Of a stretch of DNA of 64,000 bases, positions 53,585 through 62,439 are shown piece after piece. The notes beneath the pieces are model-generated. The model was not told the origin of the DNA. It saw only the letters and a program-made list of their open reading frames with translations, and did no database searches. The DNA lies in IMG/VR virus record IMGVR_UViG_3300007539_004938, positions 1 through 64,000 of that record; one strand, written 5' to 3'. The first letter of the stretch is position 1. Every line of letters begins with the position of its first letter. The position numbers and the translations under genes are program-made. Origin of the DNA: a virus.

Positions 53585-56500
53585 TTAACTTAAAACTGCT
53601 CTTGGGAACCAATCATATCTTTGACTGATTATGTTTCCATTTCTTACCCATCTGCAGGCAGTAGGTGCAGTCCTCATATTATCTCCCCATACTGCAATAG
53701 CGCCTTCACTTACTCTGCCTGGAGGATTTGCTCTTCCTCTAGATGTGCTCCACGGTCCAGGACAATATGACAAAAATCCATAAAGATCAACATGGAATCT
53801 ACACGGACCCATATAATATCTAGATTGCCCACGAGATCCAGAATCCCAACCAAACCCTTTTACACCTTGTTGAACACATACTTGTAAAAATCTTATTAGT
53901 ATAGCTTGGTGGCTAGAGTTTCTACCATCTAATATAGTATTACCTTGATACAAATCAATATCTGCTGCATGAGCATATCCGCTTTCTCCATTAAATGTAA
54001 CACAGTCGTGTCTTGTACTATTTCTCACTCTATTTCCGTTTGGATATCTTCCTTGCACTGCATTAGGGTGTCCTTTTGGTGCTTGACCTGCACTTGAAAT
54101 ATAGATTTTTGTAATACCTGCGGCAGCGGCGGCACGTCTAAGTATTCTTTCTAACTGCGGAGAAATATCAAATCGTCTACTACATGCACGGTTTTGTTGT
54201 ATAACTATATCTCCAGCATCGCCTGAAAGACTTCTACTTTCTGCGTTTGGATTTGTTTCTACATCGGATTCGCCTTCTGGCACAACTTCACCTCTTTCGA
54301 TACGTACATCTGGATGAGGCGGTGAGCCAGGTTCTGTTCTTTCAACAAGTTCAAATGCATCTTGTGCTGCAAGATAGACTTCTTCAGCATAACGAACTCT
54401 AGTAGTTAGATTATGTCCGCCCGATCTTTCAAATGTAGCTTCAAAACTTCTAGCTGCTTCTGCAGGTGTTCTTGTTTCTCTTAGTTTTTCCAAAGTTTTT
54501 GCCCATGCTTCAGGAGATGTAGGATCTGTGATTTCCCAAATAAGGTAATCTAACTGCTCTTGTAAACTTGCTTCTAGAATATCTTTATTGTAACGTTCTC
54601 TAAACTTGCGTATTCTATCTCCTCGCCATTGCACAATACCTCTAGCACCTAAACCTCCGCCAGCGCCATTGTATGCTTGTGGTCTGATTTCTGGATACGA
54701 TTCAACTCGTATATTTCCTACAATACCTGCGGCTTGAGCATCTGTAAGATTTAGTTGTTGTTTTAGATAGTTAAACGCAAACTCAACATTATCGCTTAAT
54801 CCAACTAGGTCTAAATCTACATCGTCTCCAATATCGCCTCCCTCGTCTAAAGGCTCAATAGCTCTGTTAGTTGTGGTGCTAACAGTTGTGTCTGCTGTGC
54901 CTCTATCTTTTCCAATATTGATAAATGTATCAGCAATAGGAGTTTTAAAACTATCTTCCGATGGTTGTCCAGCTTCAGTTCTTTCTGGTGTGTAAAGTAA
55001 CGGATTTAAATTTTCATGTTGTGCCCATGGCTCATGCATTGGCTTACGAGCCAGCAAATCTGCTTCAAAAGGATTTACCGGAGGAAGTGTAGCACACTGT
55101 GTTGCTTCTGAAGCAAAATATGCTTCTGGTGCAAACACAGTTACTTCTTCTGCTTGTATTGCTGCTGTACTGCCGCCTTCGTTTATACGGACATCAGTTG
55201 AGCCATCAATATAAACCGTATTACCATCTGAGTATAAACTTAATGCACCATTAGGATTTATTCGAATAGCTTGCGATGATTTTAGGTTCATATTGCCTTC
55301 GGCCCAAACATTATATGCAATAGGAGTAAAAAACTCAAATCCAAGATCTGCTGTGCTTTTATGCTTTCCATCAACTTGTGTATTCATGTTACTTTTTGTA
55401 TGCAGATTCATTGTGCTTTCTGATCTAAGGTTCATTACAGCATTTGTGTTAATATTCATACGCTGTTGGCTAAACAAATGTAAATCAGCGTCAGTTGATG
55501 TTAAGAAAATACCTCCAGTACTCTTTAGATTAAAGTTCAATCCTGTGGTAAGATTAAAATTGTTTGCACTGTTTACATTAATATTTCTATCACTATCAAT
55601 GCATATTTCGCCGCTTTCTGTAATGCCAATGCTTCCTGAATTTGCACTATGCGAAATGCCTGATTGAGCAGTATCTGAAATAAATGTACCTGCATCGTGT
55701 GTTATACTATCACCGGCTTTGACTGCAAAAAACTCTCCTGATGTAGTGCTATGAGATTTTGATGTGCTATTTTTATATGTGCCGCCAATAACCATATTCA
55801 TATTTCTACACTCAAAGTTGATATCTCTATCCGCACTGAAGTTTAAGTCGTTTTCAGAATGCACACTTATACTGTCATTTGCATAAATGTCAATCTTGCC
55901 ATTGCTGGTCATTTCAATCCAACTTGTTCCCCTGGCATTACCTATATAAATCAAATCTTCACTATTGTGTAATAATATTTGATGTCCTGTACGAGTACGC
56001 ATCCTAATCAATTCATTAGCAGGTATTGTTACATCGCCTTCAGTTGTTGAACCATATTCTCTATCAATATATTCAGATGGAGTGCTGTCGGCAGGACCTA
56101 CTCTTACAAACTTGTCGTCGCCGTCATCCATAACAATGCTACTGCCACCTAATCTACTACTTGGAACATTTATTTCATTTTGCACAGTGCCAATATTAGT
56201 AGTAGGAGCGTTTGGTCTTTTGTCCATAGGACCAGGTGTGCTTACACCAAAAACCATGCTAGGAACTTCTCTTCTAGCACTTGTGCTTGTAGTTCCTCTA
56301 ATATCATCAGCTAATAAACCTTGTTCGGTTAACGTTTCAATGAATAAATCGTTTCTTGGTTTAGGATAGTTAGTTGGCTGAGTTTCTCCTGAAGGATTAA
56401 TAGTTGCTCTATTGTATTCTCCAACCGGTACTTTCAATCCTTCAGCAGCGGCTACTACTTCTGGTATTTCACTTTGTAAATCAACATTACCAACTGTATT

Positions 56501-56908
56501 AAGTGTACTAGCCCTGCCATCAGGAATCATAAAGTTCATAAAATCATCTGGTACACATGCAAACCAATATCCAAAATCTCTTCTACCTTCTATGAGCATT
56601 ACTAAAACTTTTGAACCCACATCAGGAGGAACAAACCACATGCCATAACTTTGTGTTGTTTCAGCATAGGTAGTTCCAGCTTTTAATCCTGTTTTAGGTG
56701 TACTGCCATAAAAAGGAGGAGCATAAAAACAACTAACTACTTCGTTTGTTGCTTGGTAATCGTCACCAGTATCATTATAGGACAATAACTGAACTTGTAA
56801 TGCACCCATAAACTTTTGATCAAGATGGGATACAATCCTGCCTATAAACGGTCCAGTATTGTATGATCTATCCGACGACCTGGCTGTTCTACGTTCTTGT
56901 GATCTCAT
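53585..56908 (-). CDS. Baseplate hub/tail spike, T4 gp5-like, with phage tail lysozyme and putative M15-like peptidase domains
   Basis: N-terminal OB-fold signature (SYGMWFVPPDVGSKVLV), RTRTGHQI, beta-helix repeats; AAGIVGNIRVES...GIVQW...FERSG (lysozyme-like); ISSAG...RHD...AADID...FHVD (Zn-peptidase-like). Confidence 0.8.
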   Translation of the reverse strand: MRSQERRTARSSDRSYNTGPFIGRIVSHLDQKFMGALQVQLLSYNDTGDDYQATNEVVSCFYAPPFYGSTPKTGLKAGTTYAETTQSYGMWFVPPDVGSKVLVMLIEGRRDFGYWFACVPDDFMNFMIPDGRASTLNTVGNVDLQSEIPEVVAAAEGLKVPVGEYNRATINPSGETQPTNYPKPRNDLFIETLTEQGLLADDIRGTTSTSARREVPSMVFGVSTPGPMDKRPNAPTTNIGTVQNEINVPSSRLGGSSIVMDDGDDKFVRVGPADSTPSEYIDREYGSTTEGDVTIPANELIRMRTRTGHQILLHNSEDLIYIGNARGTSWIEMTSNGKIDIYANDSISVHSENDLNFSADRDINFECRNMNMVIGGTYKNSTSKSHSTTSGEFFAVKAGDSITHDAGTFISDTAQSGISHSANSGSIGITESGEICIDSDRNINVNSANNFNLTTGLNFNLKSTGGIFLTSTDADLHLFSQQRMNINTNAVMNLRSESTMNLHTKSNMNTQVDGKHKSTADLGFEFFTPIAYNVWAEGNMNLKSSQAIRINPNGALSLYSDGNTVYIDGSTDVRINEGGSTAAIQAEEVTVFAPEAYFASEATQCATLPPVNPFEADLLARKPMHEPWAQHENLNPLLYTPERTEAGQPSEDSFKTPIADTFINIGKDRGTADTTVSTTTNRAIEPLDEGGDIGDDVDLDLVGLSDNVEFAFNYLKQQLNLTDAQAAGIVGNIRVESYPEIRPQAYNGAGGGLGARGIVQWRGDRIRKFRERYNKDILEASLQEQLDYLIWEITDPTSPEAWAKTLEKLRETRTPAEAARSFEATFERSGGHNLTTRVRYAEEVYLAAQDAFELVERTEPGSPPHPDVRIERGEVVPEGESDVETNPNAESRSLSGDAGDIVIQQNRACSRRFDISPQLERILRRAAAAAGITKIYISSAGQAPKGHPNAVQGRYPNGNRVRNSTRHDCVTFNGESGYAHAADIDLYQGNTILDGRNSSHQAILIRFLQVCVQQGVKGFGWDSGSRGQSRYYMGPCRFHVDLYGFLSYCPGPWSTSRGRANPPGRVSEGAIAVWGDNMRTAPTACRWVRNGNIISQRYDWFPRAVLS

Positions 56909-59298
56909 TTTAATCCTTTGAATATGTTATCTATATCGTTTTTAAAGTTTTTGGCTAAATCGTTTATACCTGCAAGAGGGTCTCTTACAAATGCTAAGGT
57001 TTTTTGAATATTAGATTCTATTTGCCTTGCTTCTGAAATCAAGTTGTCAAACTTGTTTAAAACTTGATTTAGATTTCCTGGAGCGATTTTAGCTAAACTT
57101 TCGATATTTAAATTTTGAAAATGCGTGTAGGCTTCTTGAAACTGTTGAGCTTTTTGTAATAGTGGTCTAAACTCATTGTTTGCAACATTTGCAATGTCTT
57201 CTAACAACAAGTTATTGTTTACAGTGCTTGATACTCCATTTAGTATGTTCCTAATACGTAAAACACTTGCAGAGGGCTGATTTGCCATACGTAGTAAACT
57301 AAGTGTATTAGTGTACAAGCCGTTTGAAAAGTTAGTTGTATATGAAACAAGTTTGTATATACCACTAAACTGATTTACTGGATCTAAGTGTAAAAGGTTA
57401 CCATTATAATCTACTGCACTTTTGAAATCAACTAAAATAAAAACTTCGCCTCTTTGAAAATCTACAGTCCCGTCAATATTAGCGCCTTCAGGTCCTGCTT
57501 CTGCAGATCTATTTCTAGCATCGCTGTCATTTAAGTAAAACGGATCTCCCCAAATTTTTATTTCCAGTTCTATATTATCTACATCACTATTCAAAATATT
57601 TGCATTAAAAATACGTGCAGCACGAACTGCGTTATCCTCCATGCCAGCGCCGCCGGATGCATCTAAAGGTATAAAGTTAACTCTATTTGCTCTCATTATT
57701 CTACTAGTAGGACTTGACAAAGGTTGAACAGTAGGTGTATATTGATTATTATTTTGAAGATTCGTGATACTACCGCCTTCTTGCACGTTAGTAGGAACAT
57801 TTGCTGTGGTGGCAAGTTCTTTATAAAAACTGTTATCAATAGTAAAGGTAAAATCTAAAATATCAGCATTGTCTCCAGTATAACTATATCTATATGCTTT
57901 TTGAGCGTTGTCCATTGCATGAATATAGTTAAAATCAGTTGTTATTTGAGATACTGAACTAGCATGTACTCTATACGGTGTTACTACATAAACAAGTTCA
58001 TATGCAGGTCTACCAGAAACTTGGTCTTCTTGTACATCGGCTATAAAAGTTTTTGTAGATATTTTAAACCAATTAACCATTTCATTAACAGGCACTTGTT
58101 GTAGTAAACTTTTACCATAATCACTTGTTAATATTACTTCTTCAATAATCCTTTCTATTTTCATTCCTGGAGTAAACTGAAATCTTCTTTCAGTTTCGCT
58201 TATTGACATTCCACCCCTTTGCCAAACTCTACGCTCCTCATTCCAGATAATCCTATTATCGCCGAAATCATTAATACCAAAATCATTAAAGTTGTTTACA
58301 ATAGCACTATTTCCTATCTCATTTAGAGATGGATTAAATGCAGCACGAGCTCTTGATGTTCTTTGAGCAGCTATTTCTTGTTCTTGTGCAAGTCTTTCAT
58401 TAGGATCCAATGAGCTAAATCTAGCAAATCCTCCTCCTATCGATTCATGAAACTCTCTAAGTTCTTCATCTGTTGACAATCCGCTCACTCTGCTGTTACG
58501 AACTGAATTAATTTGTTGTTGTATGTCTATTCCTCTTTGAGCATCTTCACCTGATTGTATTGCTGCTGTGTAAGTATTTTCGCCACCTGTTACATTAGAC
58601 ACATCAGAAGGAAACTCTATTCTATATGCATCAGGTCTAACTACAAGTCCTTGTTGAGATTTTTGGTATTCTTGTCTGTTTAGTTCTGTTACAAATCCAT
58701 TTAAAACTTCACCTACTGTAGCACCAGAAAATGTAGTAGTGGTTCTAGTGTTTTGAAATGTATCTGTAAATGCTACATGATTGTACGGAATAGCGTTAAG
58801 ATTATACACACTACCTGATGCTTCAACTGAAAACTTCATATCTACTAGTTTTAAACAAATACATGATCCAGGAATAACTGATACTGATCCTGAATCATCG
58901 TATCCTACGAATTCACAAGCAAGCATAAATGGAGCATTTAAATAATTTGTATGATTAACTTGAGCAGCCGCGATTGCTAAAGACTGAAAAAACAATCCTA
59001 CACTGTAAGGCTCAGTTATAGTGAAATCTGCTTGTATCACATTACCATAGCCAGTACCAGGATTAGGTTGATGCAAGTATTCTACATTGACATCTTCGAT
59101 AAAATATTCAACATTTACACCTAGTGCTTGTTCTACAGCAGTTGTAATAGTTTTATCAGGAAATCCTCCAGTTTCTATTAAAGCTACACCACTGTTAAAT
59201 CCTATATCACCAGTATTAAACTCGTCTTGAGATAATACAGAAAGTCTCCAGCGATAGTTGTAAGAAACAAATCTATGTAGAGGATTTGGTATGCTCAT
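56905..59298 (-). CDS. Baseplate hub protein (gp27-like position)
   Basis: NPLH.FVSYNY, FTITEPYS, C-terminal ELEIKIWGDP...FSGIYKLV...FSNG.YTNTLSL; lies between the gp53-like and gp5-like genes. Confidence 0.6.
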   Translation of the reverse strand: MSIPNPLHRFVSYNYRWRLSVLSQDEFNTGDIGFNSGVALIETGGFPDKTITTAVEQALGVNVEYFIEDVNVEYLHQPNPGTGYGNVIQADFTITEPYSVGLFFQSLAIAAAQVNHTNYLNAPFMLACEFVGYDDSGSVSVIPGSCICLKLVDMKFSVEASGSVYNLNAIPYNHVAFTDTFQNTRTTTTFSGATVGEVLNGFVTELNRQEYQKSQQGLVVRPDAYRIEFPSDVSNVTGGENTYTAAIQSGEDAQRGIDIQQQINSVRNSRVSGLSTDEELREFHESIGGGFARFSSLDPNERLAQEQEIAAQRTSRARAAFNPSLNEIGNSAIVNNFNDFGINDFGDNRIIWNEERRVWQRGGMSISETERRFQFTPGMKIERIIEEVILTSDYGKSLLQQVPVNEMVNWFKISTKTFIADVQEDQVSGRPAYELVYVVTPYRVHASSVSQITTDFNYIHAMDNAQKAYRYSYTGDNADILDFTFTIDNSFYKELATTANVPTNVQEGGSITNLQNNNQYTPTVQPLSSPTSRIMRANRVNFIPLDASGGAGMEDNAVRAARIFNANILNSDVDNIELEIKIWGDPFYLNDSDARNRSAEAGPEGANIDGTVDFQRGEVFILVDFKSAVDYNGNLLHLDPVNQFSGIYKLVSYTTNFSNGLYTNTLSLLRMANQPSASVLRIRNILNGVSSTVNNNLLLEDIANVANNEFRPLLQKAQQFQEAYTHFQNLNIESLAKIAPGNLNQVLNKFDNLISEARQIESNIQKTLAFVRDPLAGINDLAKNFKNDIDNIFKGLK

Positions 59299-59598
59299 TT
59301 AGGCTCCTAGTAATCTATCAAGATAACTTTTCTTTGGTAACTTTATTTCTGTTCCTGCTATAAAATCAAATATAGGATCTTTGAGAACTTCCATATTACG
59401 ATTTGTAAACACCCACCAAAGTTTTGAGTTTTGATAAAGGTCATAAGCTAATAAATCTGGTCTAAAGTTATATTGAGGTTGTATAACATAGTTTATATCA
59501 TTATCTTCTCCAACAATAGGAATATGAATGTAATATTCAAGACTATTTCTTCCTATTCTAGTTAGCTGATAAGGACTTGTTGAAGGATATTGTGCCAT
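59299..59598 (-). CDS. Baseplate wedge protein, gp53/LysM-like
   Basis: RPDLLAYDLY...LWWVF..RN...G.EIKLP. Confidence 0.8.
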   Translation of the reverse strand: MAQYPSTSPYQLTRIGRNSLEYYIHIPIVGEDNDINYVIQPQYNFRPDLLAYDLYQNSKLWWVFTNRNMEVLKDPIFDFIAGTEIKLPKKSYLDRLLGA

Positions 59599-60470
59599 TA
59601 AATAAATCCTCCTCTAGATGGGTCAGTGATATATGCACCATTAGCAAAACTATCTAAACTAAACTGTCTAGTAATATCTCTGCTGTATGCAGGTTGGACT
59701 GTTATGTTTAATGTGCTTAGTACAGGTACATAAGTATATGTTCCAGCAGCAGATTGTTCGCCAATTTCACTTTGTGCAATAGGAACTTTTATATAATCAA
59801 CATCTCTTGGCAAATCTACGCTAAACATTTTAACAATAACTGGAGTTCTTTGAAAAACAAAATCTCCATATCCACTCAGTGCTACTCTTGGTGGTGGGGC
59901 ACCTTTAGCACTACCAGTGCCATAAAACATTTTTGTTATAGTTCTTAAAAAATGAACACTAGCTATCCAGTATCTTCCATCTGCTTCGTTTTCTACAGGA
60001 AACTCGCCGGTGATAGTTATGTCTTCAACTTGACTGTTTTGATAAACAGGGTACGGATAGTTAGTATGTGTAGGGGCCAGCATCTGATAGTTTGCACTAT
60101 GTGTAACAAGTATCTGAGGAGTTGTTGGAAAAACCATACTAGAGTTACTGTTTCTTAAAGGTGCAAAAATACTAGACGAAAACATACCTTGAGGATTTGC
60201 TGGTAAATGTAACCTCACACGCCAATCTTCTCCAATGCCATTATCAGCTAAAAAACTAGCACTTTGAATCACTGGAGTCAACGGTTCTGCACCAGGTGGT
60301 AAAGTTCCTCTCCTTACAGTTGATATTAAACCAAACGGATCGTCAATAAAATCGTCAAATGTATTTTTTATATTTTTTACTCTATCAACAGTTGTGTTTA
60401 CCGAGCCAATAACTCCACTAACTTTGTTTGTAACATCTTTAACTGTATCAAGAAAATTCCAAAAACTCAT
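59598..60470 (-). CDS. Baseplate/tail-tube initiator (gp48/gp54-like)
   Basis: MVFPTTPQI...THTNY..P.YQNS...ITITGEF...GAPPP...LSGYG; first gene of the tail module. Confidence 0.6.
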   Translation of the reverse strand: MSFWNFLDTVKDVTNKVSGVIGSVNTTVDRVKNIKNTFDDFIDDPFGLISTVRRGTLPPGAEPLTPVIQSASFLADNGIGEDWRVRLHLPANPQGMFSSSIFAPLRNSNSSMVFPTTPQILVTHSANYQMLAPTHTNYPYPVYQNSQVEDITITGEFPVENEADGRYWIASVHFLRTITKMFYGTGSAKGAPPPRVALSGYGDFVFQRTPVIVKMFSVDLPRDVDYIKVPIAQSEIGEQSAAGTYTYVPVLSTLNITVQPAYSRDITRQFSLDSFANGAYITDPSRGGFI

Positions 60471-60486
60471 AGCATATCTCCTATAG

Positions 60487-60492
60487 TATTTA
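60487..60492 (-). promoter_or_regulatory. Late-type promoter TAAATA for the tail/baseplate operon
   Basis: CTAAATA followed by AGGAG Shine-Dalgarno and the ATG at 60470. Confidence 0.5.
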
Positions 60493-60493
60493 G

Positions 60494-60527
60494 TTGACTT
60501 TTTTAAGTACGTAGTTTATAATAAATA
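60494..60527 (+). promoter_or_regulatory. Sigma70-type promoter TTGACT-17-TATAAT with overlapping late box ATAAATA
   Basis: -35 at 60494-60499, -10 at 60517-60522, ATAAATA at 60521-60527, then AGGAG. Confidence 0.8.
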
Positions 60528-60544
60528 TAGTCTTAGGAGCAAAA

Positions 60545-61369
60545 ATGGCTAGAAAAGTAAATTATTTAAACAATAAAGACATGCTTACAGAGATACACAA
60601 ATCTAAAAATACATTTTGCAGTTTTGTTGATCCTGAATACGCAAACTACGATATTATAGTACAAAATATAGATAAAATTAACGTTAGAACTATTGCAGAA
60701 GCTAAGAAAAATCGTGCAAAACAGTTAACCAATAAAAAATACGAATACGAAAAATCACTTGGTAATAAAATAAAGTTAGCAGATTGCGAATATGATTATA
60801 AAAAAGTACAAAAAACCGATTTAATTTTTCGTGTTATGACGTTTGACCATGTTCCAGAAGAACCAGGACGCAAGAAAAACCCTAAAACCGTTGCAGATCA
60901 TAAAACAAAACTTAATTTTCCTCCGTTCCAACACTACAAGTTTGATGAAAACGACGAACTTGTTTGTGTAGGTAAAAGTCATTGGACAGGCGGTATGGAA
61001 AATGGACATTTTGAGAAAAACTCAGGCCGAGCAACTAATAAGTTAGCAATGATGTGGTTAAAACTTGTAGATCGTTATGCAACAAGAGGAAATGTACGTG
61101 GTTACACATACAATGACGAAATGAAAGGTCAGGCAATCTTACAACTTTCACAGATTGGATTGCAGTTTGATGAAGCTAAGTCACAAAATCCATTTGCATA
61201 TTACACAGCAGCAGTAACAAACAGTTTTGTGCGTGTTATTAACTTAGAAAAACGCAATCAAAACATAAGAGATGACATTTTAGAAATGAACAATCTTAAC
61301 CCAAGTCATACTAGATTACATTCAGGCGAGTGGGAAGCCGCTCAACGAAGAGAAAACGAAGGAAAATAA
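60545..61369 (+). CDS. Late-transcription sigma factor, T4 gp55-like
   Basis: NYLNNKDML.EI, RYATRGNVRGYTYNDEM...A, FDEAKSQNPFAYYT..V.NSFVR.I..EK; adjacent to gp47/gp46 as in T4-like phages. Confidence 0.8.
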   Translation: MARKVNYLNNKDMLTEIHKSKNTFCSFVDPEYANYDIIVQNIDKINVRTIAEAKKNRAKQLTNKKYEYEKSLGNKIKLADCEYDYKKVQKTDLIFRVMTFDHVPEEPGRKKNPKTVADHKTKLNFPPFQHYKFDENDELVCVGKSHWTGGMENGHFEKNSGRATNKLAMMWLKLVDRYATRGNVRGYTYNDEMKGQAILQLSQIGLQFDEAKSQNPFAYYTAAVTNSFVRVINLEKRNQNIRDDILEMNNLNPSHTRLHSGEWEAAQRRENEGK

Positions 61370-61373
61370 TCAG

Positions 61374-61402
61374 TTGACTTTGTTTTATCAGTGTTTTACA
61401 AT
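61374..61402 (+). promoter_or_regulatory. Sigma70-type promoter TTGACT-17-TACAAT
   Basis: -35 at 61374-61379, -10 at 61397-61402; GGAG Shine-Dalgarno before the TTG start at 61426. Confidence 0.75.
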
Positions 61403-61425
61403 ATAACTAAACACGGAGTATAAGT

Positions 61426-62439
61426 TTGTTTAAAAAAGCAGCAGTATTTACTGACATTCATTTTGGTATGAAGGGCAATAGTCGTGTCCATAACCAAGAT
61501 TGCGAAGATTTTGTAGATTGGTACATTGAAACAGCAAAACAAAACGGTTGCGAAACTGGTATTTTTTGTGGAGATTGGAATCACAACAGGAACAGTCTTA
61601 ACTTAACCACTATGGATGCAGGTATCCGCAGTTTAGAAAAGTTAGGTGCTGCATTTGATAAGTTTTATATGTTTTCTGGCAATCATGACTTATATTACAA
61701 AGACAAACGAGATATTAAAAGTACAGAATGGGCAAAACACATACCCGGTATTACAGTTGTTGACAATATGTTGCAAATAGACGATGTTGCATTAGTTCCA
61801 TGGATGGTAAATGATGAATGGAAACAAGTTGCTGCCATTGATTGCAAATACATGTTTGGACATTTTGAGTTGCCAAACTTTTTAATGAATGCAATGGTTA
61901 GAATGCCTGATCATGGTGAACTCAAAGCAGAAAACTTGAGTAAACCTGAGTATGTATTCAGTGGACACTTCCATAAACGCCAAAATCAAAAGAATGTACA
62001 TTACATTGGTAATGCTTTTCCGCACAACTATGCAGATGCTTGGGATGATGACCGTGGTATGATGATATTGGACCGTGAAAATGCAGAAGAACCAGAATAT
62101 ATCAACTGGCCAAACTGTCCAAAGTACCGTACAGTTAAACTATCACAGTTGATTGACGAGAAAGATAGTTTGATCAAACCAAATATGTACTTGAGAGTAA
62201 CTCTTGATTTACCTATTAGTTTTGAAGAAGCTAACTTTATTAAAGAAACATTTATAAAAGATTATAAATGCAGAGAAATTACGCTTATTCCACAAAAAAA
62301 CTTAGAAGAAATGAGTTCTGAATTAGATATTGAACACTTCGAAAGCGTTGATCAAATAGTAAGTAATGAAATTTTAGCAATAGATAGCGATAACTTTGAT
62401 AAATCATTACTTTTAAAAATATACAATGAGTTAGAATGA
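61426..62439 (+). CDS. Recombination nuclease subunit, T4 gp47 / Mre11 / SbcD-like (TTG start)
   Basis: Metallophosphoesterase motifs TDIHFG, GDWNH, GNHD, GHFE, SGHFH. Confidence 0.92.
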   Translation: MFKKAAVFTDIHFGMKGNSRVHNQDCEDFVDWYIETAKQNGCETGIFCGDWNHNRNSLNLTTMDAGIRSLEKLGAAFDKFYMFSGNHDLYYKDKRDIKSTEWAKHIPGITVVDNMLQIDDVALVPWMVNDEWKQVAAIDCKYMFGHFELPNFLMNAMVRMPDHGELKAENLSKPEYVFSGHFHKRQNQKNVHYIGNAFPHNYADAWDDDRGMMILDRENAEEPEYINWPNCPKYRTVKLSQLIDEKDSLIKPNMYLRVTLDLPISFEEANFIKETFIKDYKCREITLIPQKNLEEMSSELDIEHFESVDQIVSNEILAIDSDNFDKSLLLKIYNELE

